Assembly (NCBI GenBank): GCA_965140585.1
Contig: OZ223270.1
Location: forward strand, 384,001-448,000
Direction of reading: 5' to 3'
DNA length: 64,000 nucleotides
Origin: Spirochaetia bacterium
Lineage (GTDB): Bacteria > Spirochaetota > Spirochaetia > UBA9216
In this document: positions 9,530 to 19,086 of the stretch, piece after piece
Layout: the number at the start of each line of letters is the position of its first letter
Position numbering within the stretch: position 1 is the first letter of the stretch
Made by a program: the position numbers and the translations under genes
Notes under the pieces: model-generated
What the model saw: only the letters and a program-made list of their open reading frames with translations
The model's database searches: none
Told to the model about the DNA's origin: nothing

Positions 9530-11428
9530 ATGGTGATAAATACGTCCTTTGTCGAAAACCGGCAGGAAAACGGTATAAAGTTTACAGCAACAACAGAGCA
9601 GGCTCTGAATGTGGTAAACTGTACAAACAGCAAAGCTGTATATCACTATGTCAGAAGGCATAAACCGGACAGACTAGAGGACCTTTTTACTAATCTGCCC
9701 GAACCCTACGATTCAATATCAAATATTGAAGCCTATCTCACTGATGAAAATAACTGGGTCTCATCAGAACTGATTACAAAACTGTTTGATAACGCGGCAG
9801 AGATTTTTCAAGATCCCGGAGTTGCTTTCAACATCGGAATGGAAACAATCACCACAAAGACAATTGGCACCCTGCAGAGCTTCTTTCTGACAACCTTTGC
9901 CACACCAAAAAGTGTTATTAAAAGGCTGAACCAGATTAACCAGCAGTTCAATACAACAAAGATTATCGAAACAGTTTACATCTCAAGCAAGCGTACAGTT
10001 GTCAGGCTTCACTGGAAGGAAAACAGTAAACTCAGTAAAAATATATGCCTGTATAATCAGGGAGTTTATGCTGCAATCCCGACACTCTGGGGACAGCCGC
10101 CGCAGACAGTTATCGAAACAGAATGCTATTTCAACGGCGCTCCATACTGCCAGTACAACGTCACTTTCAATAAAAAAAACATATTTAAATTCAGCTTCAG
10201 GCATCAGCTTAAATCACGGAAATCCAGACTCCTGTTAGCCCTTGAAGAAATTGAAAATGACAAGCTCTTGCTTAAAAAAAAGAATGATGAAGTTATAAAA
10301 CTCAACCTGGAACTGAAAGAGAAAGTTGAACGGCTTAAGGCCATCAATGAAGCCTCCCGCCTGCTGGTATCAATGGTTGACGCAGATGAAATACTTAAAA
10401 CTACAATGAATATCATCGTGGATGTTTTAAAGTTCGACCGTGCCCTTCTTATGCTTATAGATAACAACAATGAGTATCTTGAATACATACACTCTACCGG
10501 GGCAAAGAAAGAAGAAGTCGATCTCAAACTCAAAAACTACCGTATCCCGCTTTCAAGAAAAGAAAACATCCTCATTAGAACAACTCTTGAAGGTAAACCT
10601 GTTCTTATTAAAAATGCTGTAAGAGCAGGCCTAAACCCAAACAACTTTATCATCCGTGAATTCAGTCCTAACTCAATTGCATTCTGTCCGCTTATAACGT
10701 CCAAGGGAGCAATCGGTATTCTTGCAGCCGACAGAATGGTTTCCGATAAACTCATTACCAGGAAAGAACTCGAACACCTGTCCATCTTTGTAAACAACAT
10801 GGCTGTAACCCTTCATAAGGTCCGCCAGGACGAAGAAATCGAACGCAGCTATATCAACACAGTCAAAGCCCTTGTAAAGGCCATAGAAGAAAAGGATCCC
10901 TATACAAAGGGTCATTCTGAACGCGTTTCGCTTCTTGCAACTCGGATTGCAACAGCTATGGATCTGTCCAAGGAAGAAGTGGAATTCATCAACATAGGCA
11001 GCCTTCTCCATGATGTCGGAAAAATCGGAATTCCCGAATCAATTGTCAGGAGCCCTAAAAAACTCTCTGCCGCTGAATACAATATTATTAAATCACATCC
11101 TGAAAAGGGTGCAGAAATTGTCAGCCCTATCAGAAGATTCAAAGATCATGTCTACCTGATCAAATACCACCATGAACACTTCGACGGTACAGGATACCCT
11201 GCAGGCCTTAAGGGACATGAAATTCCAGTGGGAGCTCAGATTGTTTCCATCGCAGACACCTATGATGCCATAACATCTTCAAGAGCATACAGAAAAGGCT
11301 TGCCCATGCAGGAAGCAGCTCTCCGTATTGCACAGGCCCGGGGAAGACAGTTCAGTCCTGAAGTGACAGACGCATTTCTGCGTGTTTATGAGACCGAAAT
11401 ACTCTCCGGACGCCTGAAATTAGGCTAG
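9530..11428 (+). CDS. HD-GYP cyclic-dinucleotide phosphodiesterase with N-terminal V4R/H-NOX-like sensor, coiled coil and GAF domain
   Basis: KDPYTKGHSERV, LHDVGKIG, HHEHFDGTGYP, IADTYDA; GAF at about aa 270-430; CLYNQG...ETECYFNGAPYCQY V4R-like Cys motif. Confidence 0.88.
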   Translation: MVINTSFVENRQENGIKFTATTEQALNVVNCTNSKAVYHYVRRHKPDRLEDLFTNLPEPYDSISNIEAYLTDENNWVSSELITKLFDNAAEIFQDPGVAFNIGMETITTKTIGTLQSFFLTTFATPKSVIKRLNQINQQFNTTKIIETVYISSKRTVVRLHWKENSKLSKNICLYNQGVYAAIPTLWGQPPQTVIETECYFNGAPYCQYNVTFNKKNIFKFSFRHQLKSRKSRLLLALEEIENDKLLLKKKNDEVIKLNLELKEKVERLKAINEASRLLVSMVDADEILKTTMNIIVDVLKFDRALLMLIDNNNEYLEYIHSTGAKKEEVDLKLKNYRIPLSRKENILIRTTLEGKPVLIKNAVRAGLNPNNFIIREFSPNSIAFCPLITSKGAIGILAADRMVSDKLITRKELEHLSIFVNNMAVTLHKVRQDEEIERSYINTVKALVKAIEEKDPYTKGHSERVSLLATRIATAMDLSKEEVEFINIGSLLHDVGKIGIPESIVRSPKKLSAAEYNIIKSHPEKGAEIVSPIRRFKDHVYLIKYHHEHFDGTGYPAGLKGHEIPVGAQIVSIADTYDAITSSRAYRKGLPMQEAALRIAQARGRQFSPEVTDAFLRVYETEILSGRLKLG

Positions 11429-11484
11429 CCTTCTAGTACTTTTTCATTATAACTAAAATTTAATAGGAATTCGAAAAAAACGAC

Positions 11485-11513
11485 TTGCCACGTCTAAATT
11501 CATGTGATGAAAT
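11485..11513 (+). promoter_or_regulatory. Putative sigma-70 promoter of the acyltransferase gene
   Basis: TTGCCA-17 nt-TGAAAT with TG upstream of the -10; GAGG SD before ATG 11553. Confidence 0.4.
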
Positions 11514-11552
11514 GATTATTACACAAAAATTAGTAAAAAAGAGGACGTTGCC

Positions 11553-12431
11553 ATGAAATTAAACCTATCAAAGTTCTGTCAGACCCGCTTCAATGTAATG
11601 ATGTTCAAAAAGTTCAACCCTTATCTGTGTTTCAGTTACATGCAGACACTAGGAAAAATTTACTATGCTCTTAATAAAAAAGAAAGAGATCTAATCAAGA
11701 CAAACATTCGGGATCTACTTGAAGGTAGAGATGAACAATTCATCCGGAAGACAACAAAAGAGGCTTTCCGAGGCATCTTTACCCACTACTTTGAGAAGAT
11801 GTTTTCAGCTTATCGTAACTATCCTGAAATTAAAAAATTCATGCAGCAGAAATTTACAATCGAAAACGAGCACCTTATCCAGAATGCACTTGCAGAAGGC
11901 AAGGGTGTTGTTCTTGTCACAGCACACTGGGGAGCAGTGGAATTTATTCCCTGGCTTCTGGCTCTGAAAGGCTACCCCATTAGTGTTATTCTTGAATGTC
12001 AGACAGATCTCCTGATGGAGTCTTTAAATGATAAAACCCGCTTTGTTGACGCGGAACTGATAACCGAAGACAACTGCAGAAATGTTCTGTTTGAAGCCTT
12101 TGGATGCCTCAGCAGAAATAGAGTTCTCATGACCGAATGTGATGAAGTTGACAAATGGAGAAAAAGAAAAACCCAGACTATCAATCTCTTCGGTAAAACC
12201 CTTTATTTTGACAATACACTTGATGTTCTCGCAAGAAAGGCCGACTGCCCTGTTATCGGAACCTTCCTGAAAAGAAACGGAAACGGAACTTATACTCTAT
12301 TCTGTGAAGAAATTGAACGCGGAAGAGGTACAGCAAAGAATGCACTTGAAATGTGGCAGAAATATGTTTCTGAGAATCCTGAACAGTGGTATCAGTGGAA
12401 AAAGTGGAACAAGATGAAGGCTGCTGTCTAA
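11553..12431 (+). CDS. LpxL/HtrB-like (lysophospholipid/lipid A) acyltransferase family protein
   Basis: GKGVVLVTAHWGAVE (HX4D/E catalytic motif), C-terminal PEQWYQW. Confidence 0.85.
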   Translation: MKLNLSKFCQTRFNVMMFKKFNPYLCFSYMQTLGKIYYALNKKERDLIKTNIRDLLEGRDEQFIRKTTKEAFRGIFTHYFEKMFSAYRNYPEIKKFMQQKFTIENEHLIQNALAEGKGVVLVTAHWGAVEFIPWLLALKGYPISVILECQTDLLMESLNDKTRFVDAELITEDNCRNVLFEAFGCLSRNRVLMTECDEVDKWRKRKTQTINLFGKTLYFDNTLDVLARKADCPVIGTFLKRNGNGTYTLFCEEIERGRGTAKNALEMWQKYVSENPEQWYQWKKWNKMKAAV

Positions 12432-13207
12432 TCAAGTTTTAGATTGGCAATCTTTCTATCAATATTTTCCTGAAGCGTTTCAAAGATAAAGGAATGGATC
12501 CGGTTTTTGGTTGCCGGGTCTGTTCTTTTATCAAATAAGATAACGTAAATAATATCATTACCTTCCGCACGACGGCCAATCACTGGTCCGGAAACACGTG
12601 CAAGCTTTCCTTTAAGTTTGACCTGCATATCCGAAAGAACTGTATGCTGGGGAATATTCACATCATCGGTAGTTGAAAAAGCCATACCGACAGAACTAAT
12701 ATCCCTTATCATTCCGGAACGCAGACTGCCGTTAAAATTAAAATTATATTCTGTATTTTTAAGTTCGCTGCTGTCGATTCGGAGATACTTTCTACGGCCT
12801 TTTGCTTCATTTGCTTCCAGAGTCTTTAAAATAATTTTTTTGCTCTGTTCTAATCCAAGTTTAAGTATGATGTACCCGCAGGGAATCATAAGATCCATCA
12901 GATATTTTTCTGCCATTGATTTATCTTCGTTATAGGTGACAACACCAAGCATGGCTGAATTGTCATCACTCTCCATCATCTCTTTAACATAATCAAACCA
13001 GTCATTATCTTTCAGAGCTTCATCAATATTTACAAAGACAATGGGATCCTGATACTCGGATATCAATTTTCTGAGTCTCTGATGATCGCGCACCTGATAC
13101 ACTGCATACTCATTTTCAACCAGCTCTTTAACCAGCTCCTGTTTAATTACACTATGCGGATATAAAAAGAATACAACTTTGGAATCAAAAGTATTGCTGC
13201 CTTTCAT
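12428..13207 (-). CDS. PilZ-domain c-di-GMP receptor (spirochaete type)
   Basis: RRKYLR (RxxxR) and DISSVG (DxSxxG); start moved to ATG 13207, which has an AGGAG SD. Confidence 0.85.
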   Translation of the reverse strand: MKGSNTFDSKVVFFLYPHSVIKQELVKELVENEYAVYQVRDHQRLRKLISEYQDPIVFVNIDEALKDNDWFDYVKEMMESDDNSAMLGVVTYNEDKSMAEKYLMDLMIPCGYIILKLGLEQSKKIILKTLEANEAKGRRKYLRIDSSELKNTEYNFNFNGSLRSGMIRDISSVGMAFSTTDDVNIPQHTVLSDMQVKLKGKLARVSGPVIGRRAEGNDIIYVILFDKRTDPATKNRIHSFIFETLQENIDRKIANLKLD

Positions 13208-13288
13208 TAAGTCTCCTGGATTAAGATTAGGCCATGTTCTAATTTCAATCAAGCTGTTATTTTTCAATTTCTGTGCTATTTTTATCTG

Positions 13289-13843
13289 ATGAAACTAATT
13301 TCTTTCCTTGGAAATAAGGGTAAAAAATATGAAAAGACCAGGCACAATCTGGCCTGGATTGTAGCAGAAGAAGTAAATAACCTTAATTCTGCGGTCTGGA
13401 ATTCAAAATTCAATGCAGACTTCACCAGCTTAAAAAAGAACGGCACCTTTTATCTTTTAAAACCGATGACACTGATGAACCGCAGCGGTCAGAGTATCGC
13501 TGCAGCATTGAACTTTTATAAACTGAAACCTACCGACCTTATTGTCGTTCATGATGACCTGGAATTGCCTTTTGGAACAGTCCAGCTCAGAAAAGGCGGG
13601 GGAACAGCAGGTCATAACGGATTAAAATCCATTGTCAGCCAGATCGGTTCTTCAGATTTCATCCGGTTCAGGCTTGGTATTTCAAGACCTCCTTCAGGCT
13701 GGAACGTTTCCGATTTTGTCCTGAGCAGGTTTTCACCCGAAGAAGAGGCTGAACTTGGAGACTATGCAGCCGCTGCGGCCGCAGTAATCGACAGGCTTAT
13801 CGACGGGGACTCTGTCGATGGATGTAAAATCAAACTCATTTAG
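13289..13843 (+). CDS. pth: Peptidyl-tRNA hydrolase
   Basis: LGNKG, TRHN, KPMTLMNRSG, VHDDLEL, GHNGLKS. Confidence 0.96.
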   Translation: MKLISFLGNKGKKYEKTRHNLAWIVAEEVNNLNSAVWNSKFNADFTSLKKNGTFYLLKPMTLMNRSGQSIAAALNFYKLKPTDLIVVHDDLELPFGTVQLRKGGGTAGHNGLKSIVSQIGSSDFIRFRLGISRPPSGWNVSDFVLSRFSPEEEAELGDYAAAAAAVIDRLIDGDSVDGCKIKLI

Positions 13844-13889
13844 TTGAAAAGGCTATAATAATAGCATAATCTTATATCGGAGATTATTG

Positions 13890-14441
13890 ATGTTCGTTGA
13901 AGCTGAAGTATGGAATGTAGCACACACAGATCAGGGATATGCGGTACTTGTACGACCAGTTGGAACAAAATCGGCATCACCAATTTTTATTGGACAGCTT
14001 GAAGCTCAGTCCATTCTGGTCGGTATGAGCGGAATCCCGATGCCCAGACCCAATACACATGATCTAATGATAACCGCGCTCACAGAAACCGGATGGACAA
14101 TAGAGAAAGTTGAAATAAGCGAGTTAAAAGAGGGAATATTCTTTTCTTCTGTAAAGATGACAAACGGAGAACAGTTGCTTGATCTGGATTCAAGGCCCTC
14201 TGACAGCATAGCACTGGCAGTGAGAGCGGGTTGTCCTATTTACATCTCCGAAGAACTTATTGATGAAACCGCCGTTTCGCTTCATTTTATATCAGATAAA
14301 CTTGAAACATCTGACTCGGAAACAGAAAACCTTAAACTGGAACTCGAAAAAGCCCTTGATGAAGCGGTAAAGCTTGAGCATTATGAAGACGCTGCAAAAA
14401 TAAGAGACCAGATAAGAAAGATGGATGAAGATCTGTTCTGA
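13890..14441 (+). CDS. Bifunctional nuclease family (DUF151) with C-terminal UVR motif
   Basis: PIFIG, RPNTHDL, DSRPSDSIALA, EHYEDAAKIRD; GGAG SD. Confidence 0.9.
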   Translation: MFVEAEVWNVAHTDQGYAVLVRPVGTKSASPIFIGQLEAQSILVGMSGIPMPRPNTHDLMITALTETGWTIEKVEISELKEGIFFSSVKMTNGEQLLDLDSRPSDSIALAVRAGCPIYISEELIDETAVSLHFISDKLETSDSETENLKLELEKALDEAVKLEHYEDAAKIRDQIRKMDEDLF

Positions 14442-14460
14442 ATAAAAAAACAGGCCAAAC

Positions 14461-14489
14461 TTGACCAGAAAATTTTTAACATGTAAACT
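14461..14489 (+). promoter_or_regulatory. Sigma-70 promoter, probably leaderless transcript
   Basis: TTGACC-17-TAAACT, 8 nt before ATG 14498, no SD. Confidence 0.6.
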
Positions 14490-14497
14490 GTTTTCAA

Positions 14498-15142
14498 ATG
14501 GGCAAAATAAATCTTATCAGCGGCGATCAGCAGTTTTCAGAAATTTTGAAAAACAGAATCAGAAGAGCTGGAGGGCTTCCCGTAATCCTTTCAGAAGAAA
14601 CCGAAATAGACTCAAACGAAGAGACAGAAGATGGCGATTCTGAGATTCTGTGGAATAAAAGATCATCACTGTCGGCACGCAATGCTGTTTTAAGCTGTAT
14701 AAACAAGCACGAACGCATTGATGACGCTTTTATCTGCTATCAGCCCGAAGAATTAAACAAAGCCTTTCATGAAATGTCAGCACCGGTATACGATCTTCAG
14801 ATCGACCGCTGGATACGCGGTTACGGCTATCTTCTGAAGGAACTGCTGCATGTTTTTATCAAGCAGAAATCCGGCAGACTTTCGCTCATACTTTCATCTG
14901 ATGATTCCAGGCTTATGACGCCCCTTGAGTCAGCAGTTTATTCCTACCTGCGAACACTCATAAAAAACCTTTCATCATTCTACCAGGATGAACCGGTTTC
15001 AATACTCTGCTTCGAGACAGACAGCAGAAATACCGGAGAGTTTTTTGACTACATTTTCAAGATAATCGATGATGGAAAATACTCACCCGGAAAGGTATAT
15101 AAATATTCTGAACGAAAAAGTCTTTTTGATTTTAAACGCTGA
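14498..15142 (+). CDS. Hypothetical protein, degenerate SDR-like fold
   Basis: Secondary-structure pattern resembles an SDR (RIDDAFI, QKSGRLSLI) but lacks GxxxGxG and YxxxK. Confidence 0.55.
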   Translation: MGKINLISGDQQFSEILKNRIRRAGGLPVILSEETEIDSNEETEDGDSEILWNKRSSLSARNAVLSCINKHERIDDAFICYQPEELNKAFHEMSAPVYDLQIDRWIRGYGYLLKELLHVFIKQKSGRLSLILSSDDSRLMTPLESAVYSYLRTLIKNLSSFYQDEPVSILCFETDSRNTGEFFDYIFKIIDDGKYSPGKVYKYSERKSLFDFKR

Positions 15143-15148
15143 GATTTG

Positions 15149-15177
15149 TTGAAATTCCACTCCAATTAGGATATTGT
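15149..15177 (+). promoter_or_regulatory. Sigma-70 promoter, probably leaderless transcript
   Basis: TTGAAA-17-TATTGT, 7 nt before ATG 15185, no SD. Confidence 0.6.
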
Positions 15178-15184
15178 TCTCTCT

Positions 15185-16414
15185 ATGAAAATATGGTTGA
15201 AGCTTCTAATTGGTATTGTTGCAGGCATTCTGCTGGGCATTTTTGTTCCTGATTCAAAGATTGATATTTTATTTCTTGAAAAGTTTTCTTCTCTCGCCAT
15301 TAATATCGGAAGATACATCCTGTTCCCGCTCATCCTCTTCAGCGTAATAATGGGAATCTATCACCTTAATCAAAACAAAAAGGTTCTAAAGCTTTTTATA
15401 AGAACAATTGTTTATATGCTCATCGCAACAGCCGCACTGGCGGCAATCGGGACAGCATCTGTACTGGTGCTCTCACCGGAAAGAATACCTATTTTCATTG
15501 AAGAGAGCTCCAGAATTAGCCTTCCCGGATTATTTGAAACTCTGATGACTATATTTCCGAAAAACTTTTTTAGGGCCCTTTTCATTGACGGAAACCAGCT
15601 TCTGCCGGTTTTTATAATGGCGGTACTGGTCGGATTCAACCTCAACTTTGACAAGGTTGTAACACGAACCGCGGTTCAGGTTTTCGATTCATTGAAATCC
15701 GTGTTCTATCACATCAACTCATTTATAATTGAACTGCTCGGAATAATCATCATTCCTTCAGTCTGGTACGTAACTGCACAGATTTCGAGAACTGCAGAGA
15801 TTGCTCCGTTCACACAGATGCTGCTTGCCATCCTTATTGATATTATTTTTATAATATTCGTACTGTATCCGGTTATAATCTACCTGCTTACAGGAAGAAA
15901 AAATCCCTACCGGTATATTTACGCAGCTCTTGCCCCCTCCCTGGCCGCCTTATCAACAGGCGACAGCCTTTTCTGTCTCGGCCTTCAAATAAAGAACAGC
16001 CGTGAAAATATGGGCTCAACACCTGATGCAGGCTCTGTAAACCTTCCCTTTCTTGCCGTTTTCGGTAAGGCCGGAACTGCAATGATCACCGGTATATCCT
16101 TTATAGTAATTTTAAAATCCTACTCCAGTCTCGGGCTTAATCTGTCAGGAGTCATCTGGGTTATCACTTTTTCATTTCTTTCATCGTTTATAATCAGCCC
16201 CTTCCCCGGAAGCGGGGTTTTTGTTGCGGTATCAATGCTCTGTACTATTTACGGAAGAGGACTTGAAGAAGGCTATCTGATTTTAAAACCGGTCATCCCG
16301 GTGCTGCTCAGTGTAAGCGTTATGCTTGACGCAATGACAAACTCACTGATATCAATGCTGTCTTCCAAAAAAACCGGACTGCATGATGATATTCCAATCA
16401 GCAATTTCAGCTGA
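15185..16414 (+). CDS. Dicarboxylate/amino acid:cation symporter (DAACS/SDF) family
   Basis: KLLIGIVAGILLG start, IFPKNFF, multiple TM helices, spirochaete-type divergent hairpin motifs. Confidence 0.8.
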   Translation: MKIWLKLLIGIVAGILLGIFVPDSKIDILFLEKFSSLAINIGRYILFPLILFSVIMGIYHLNQNKKVLKLFIRTIVYMLIATAALAAIGTASVLVLSPERIPIFIEESSRISLPGLFETLMTIFPKNFFRALFIDGNQLLPVFIMAVLVGFNLNFDKVVTRTAVQVFDSLKSVFYHINSFIIELLGIIIIPSVWYVTAQISRTAEIAPFTQMLLAILIDIIFIIFVLYPVIIYLLTGRKNPYRYIYAALAPSLAALSTGDSLFCLGLQIKNSRENMGSTPDAGSVNLPFLAVFGKAGTAMITGISFIVILKSYSSLGLNLSGVIWVITFSFLSSFIISPFPGSGVFVAVSMLCTIYGRGLEEGYLILKPVIPVLLSVSVMLDAMTNSLISMLSSKKTGLHDDIPISNFS

Positions 16415-16425
16415 ATATCTTCTGA

Positions 16426-17124
16426 TTAAAGATTAAAGCGGAACCCTATTTCCAGGTTGATTTTTAGCTGGTCATAAAATGCGGTTCCGCTGCCGTCCCA
16501 CAGGTTGTAGAAGGGCAAATCTGTTCCCGCTTTGATATTCAGAATATATGAATCTGAAAAATTCCAGTTAAAAAATCCTCCAGTATAGAGGCTTAAAAAT
16601 CTGGCTTTTGCAAGATAATACTGTCTTACAAGCGCCACATCATCTCCGGCATTATCGTAGCCAATCAGAGGCAGTCTGAACAGAAGAGACGGAGCTCCTG
16701 TCACCCCCAGCTCAAAGTCTTCAGAAAGCGGAAAAATTACTCCTGCTTCCGGTCTGATATCAATTGCAAGGATTTCAATTCGGTCTGCGTCTTCCCGCGT
16801 TGCAGGGACCGGACGCGAAACATCATCACTGAAAATTACTGTATACGGAAAATAAAATCTGATACCCGGGTCAAGATAGAATAGCTCACCTATCCTCATA
16901 GGAACCGAGATACCGGCAGGATAAATGATAAAAGGGGATGCTGCTGAACTTATATTGGCGTCAGTTTCAGAATTAAATACAAAAGACCCGGAACCGGTTA
17001 CTGTTATTCCCATAATATCAAAGCCGGGAAGAATTTCAGCCTCTGCATATATAATTCCGGATGGAAGTATAAGAAATAAAAGAAGAATAAACAAAAATGA
17101 AAATATCTGAGTTCGGTTTTTCAT
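16426..17124 (-). CDS. Hypothetical secreted, probable outer-membrane beta-barrel protein
   Basis: Signal peptide, alternating aromatic beta strands, C-terminal GFRFNL; start moved to ATG 17124. Confidence 0.55.
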   Translation of the reverse strand: MKNRTQIFSFLFILLLFLILPSGIIYAEAEILPGFDIMGITVTGSGSFVFNSETDANISSAASPFIIYPAGISVPMRIGELFYLDPGIRFYFPYTVIFSDDVSRPVPATREDADRIEILAIDIRPEAGVIFPLSEDFELGVTGAPSLLFRLPLIGYDNAGDDVALVRQYYLAKARFLSLYTGGFFNWNFSDSYILNIKAGTDLPFYNLWDGSGTAFYDQLKINLEIGFRFNL

Positions 17125-17128
17125 ATCT

Positions 17129-18313
17129 TCAGAATATATCACCAAAAGCAAGCGATATCAGCCCGGCTCTTCCAATCTCGGGAAAACGGAACTCTTCCCA
17201 GGACAGCAGATAGTTACTGCCGTCCGACCATATTCCTGTATAACGGAAATCTTCAGGAAGAAGCGGAAGGTTGATGATCCTTAGTTCATCTCCGCAGACA
17301 ATAATTTCATTACTGTAAAGAATGTTCCATCTGCCGTCAGCATAGCAGGCTTCCAGCACGAGCGGAGAACGGTATGCGTTTCGCCCGTCATCTGATCGGC
17401 TTACAATGGTAACCGGAGAAAGGTGATCCTCCAAACCGGAGAGTCCCGCACCCTCAGAATTCATGTTGAGATAAATTATTCCAGCATCCCGGATTTCTTC
17501 ACCAAGAAGGCCTTCACCCGCAGCCCTGCGGAATCCGCGAAGAGCAAAGGGCGTTGACTCAATATCTACAGGATTATACTTTGCCCTGAAATAAGACTCA
17601 TCAATTTCATTAATGGCCCTACCTTCATTGTCATGCTGAAGATAACGGAACAGAGTCTTCTTTTCATCTGAATATTTCCAGGCAATAAAAAACCCTTCAC
17701 TGTTCCGGACAAGCTCTACAGGCTCCCAGCCTTCATCCATACCGTTTACTGAAATATCAATCAGATCAAAACGATCCGTCCCGGCCCCTGCAGCACTGTA
17801 GCGAACAAGCTGAACAGAAGGCTTTCTGACTTCCGCATTATTTGAAAAAATATCATCTCCGAAAAAATGGAAGAGAATATCAGAACCGCTTCCAAGCAGG
17901 CTTCCCAGGCATCTATACTCTGCCTGGCGCATGAATGAAGTTTCGTTCCCGGATTTTATTTCAGGAAATATCGGAAGACCGTTTTCAAAGTAGATAACCT
18001 TTGGCAGAGCTCCGTTTATTCCGGCAACCACACCCTTTGTGCCGGATCTAAAGTCTGCAATATGCAGCTGATCGGTCCAGGCTATGAACTCTTTAGCCGG
18101 AACAAGGCTGAGAATTCTACCAGCATCAGGATTTTCTCTCATCGGAACAGGAAGCAGCTGTCCTGAGTCGTTTAAATAAAAAATACCGACTTTTTCAGCG
18201 CTGCTTCGATAATCAAATACAGAAACATCCGCACTAACTGCTCCCGGAAGGAATATTAAAAATAGAAGTATACAGCAGGAGACCGGAGAGAGTAATTTGC
18301 TTTTTATTATCAT
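17129..18313 (-). CDS. Hypothetical secreted protein
   Basis: 394-aa ORF with signal peptide, in an operon with neighbours. Confidence 0.6.
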   Translation of the reverse strand: MIIKSKLLSPVSCCILLFLIFLPGAVSADVSVFDYRSSAEKVGIFYLNDSGQLLPVPMRENPDAGRILSLVPAKEFIAWTDQLHIADFRSGTKGVVAGINGALPKVIYFENGLPIFPEIKSGNETSFMRQAEYRCLGSLLGSGSDILFHFFGDDIFSNNAEVRKPSVQLVRYSAAGAGTDRFDLIDISVNGMDEGWEPVELVRNSEGFFIAWKYSDEKKTLFRYLQHDNEGRAINEIDESYFRAKYNPVDIESTPFALRGFRRAAGEGLLGEEIRDAGIIYLNMNSEGAGLSGLEDHLSPVTIVSRSDDGRNAYRSPLVLEACYADGRWNILYSNEIIVCGDELRIINLPLLPEDFRYTGIWSDGSNYLLSWEEFRFPEIGRAGLISLAFGDIF

Positions 18314-18316
18314 ATG

Positions 18317-19006
18317 TCAGTCAAGAACAACGGTTTCGACCATATATCTTATGCTTGGGCCGTTACCGTCGAGAACCTCTTTCTCAACAACAAAAACTAG
18401 TGATTTTTCATCAGGAGCGAACATTACCTGTTTAATCCTGTATTTCATTACATCTTTTCTTTTGTAATTGGGAAGACCTATGGTGTAGGTCTTGGTATTG
18501 CTGTTTTTATCGGTAACTGAAAGGTTGATATAAAAAGAAGCGCTGGGCTCCTTCTCTGTTCCAAACCTCTGTTGAATCAGAGCGACCTGATACTTACTGT
18601 TTTTAGTAAAGTCACGGAACTCAAGCTTATCTTTCGGTTCGTTACCGTTTATAAGCAGATATACAATTCTGCCTTTGTTCAAATGGTTAATACTGAACTT
18701 CTCCACCGCATCGGCGGACTCTTTCATAATATTAAACAGGGCCCCGCTACCGTCCTGTCCGGGCTGTGTACTTACAGAGTATTCCTTTTCCATAAGTCCG
18801 TTTTCAGCGTACCTGTTGGCTTTTACTGCTATTGTATGAAGTTCAGCATAGGGTTTGGTGGTGCTGCTGTCTATACCATAAAGACCGAACATGAAATACT
18901 GTGAATCATCTGAAAATCCCAGATTTACGTAATTAGCCACATCACCGGCAAACAATGAAAATGTACAAAGCAGCATCAGGATTATCATTAAATATTTCTT
19001 GTTCAT
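18317..19006 (-). CDS. DUF2259 family secreted protein
   Basis: AGDVANYVNLGFSDDSQYFMFG, LVFVVEK, IRYMVET; start ATG 19006 with GGAGG SD. Confidence 0.75.
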   Translation of the reverse strand: MNKKYLMIILMLLCTFSLFAGDVANYVNLGFSDDSQYFMFGLYGIDSSTTKPYAELHTIAVKANRYAENGLMEKEYSVSTQPGQDGSGALFNIMKESADAVEKFSINHLNKGRIVYLLINGNEPKDKLEFRDFTKNSKYQVALIQQRFGTEKEPSASFYINLSVTDKNSNTKTYTIGLPNYKRKDVMKYRIKQVMFAPDEKSLVFVVEKEVLDGNGPSIRYMVETVVLD

Positions 19007-19086
19007 TAGTAGCCTCCATTTTTGAATATCGTACATTTTTGCTCTTTTCTATAGTAAAAATATAAACTCATATTTATAATATAGAT

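Noticed and set aside
11429-11552. Possible c-di-GMP riboswitch between the HD-GYP gene and the acyltransferase
   Set aside because: AT-rich with no GEMM-like stems; explained by promoter and SD.
14461-14643. 60-aa ORF starting at TTG 14461
   Set aside because: The TTG is the -35 box of the 14498 gene and the ORF overlaps it out of frame.
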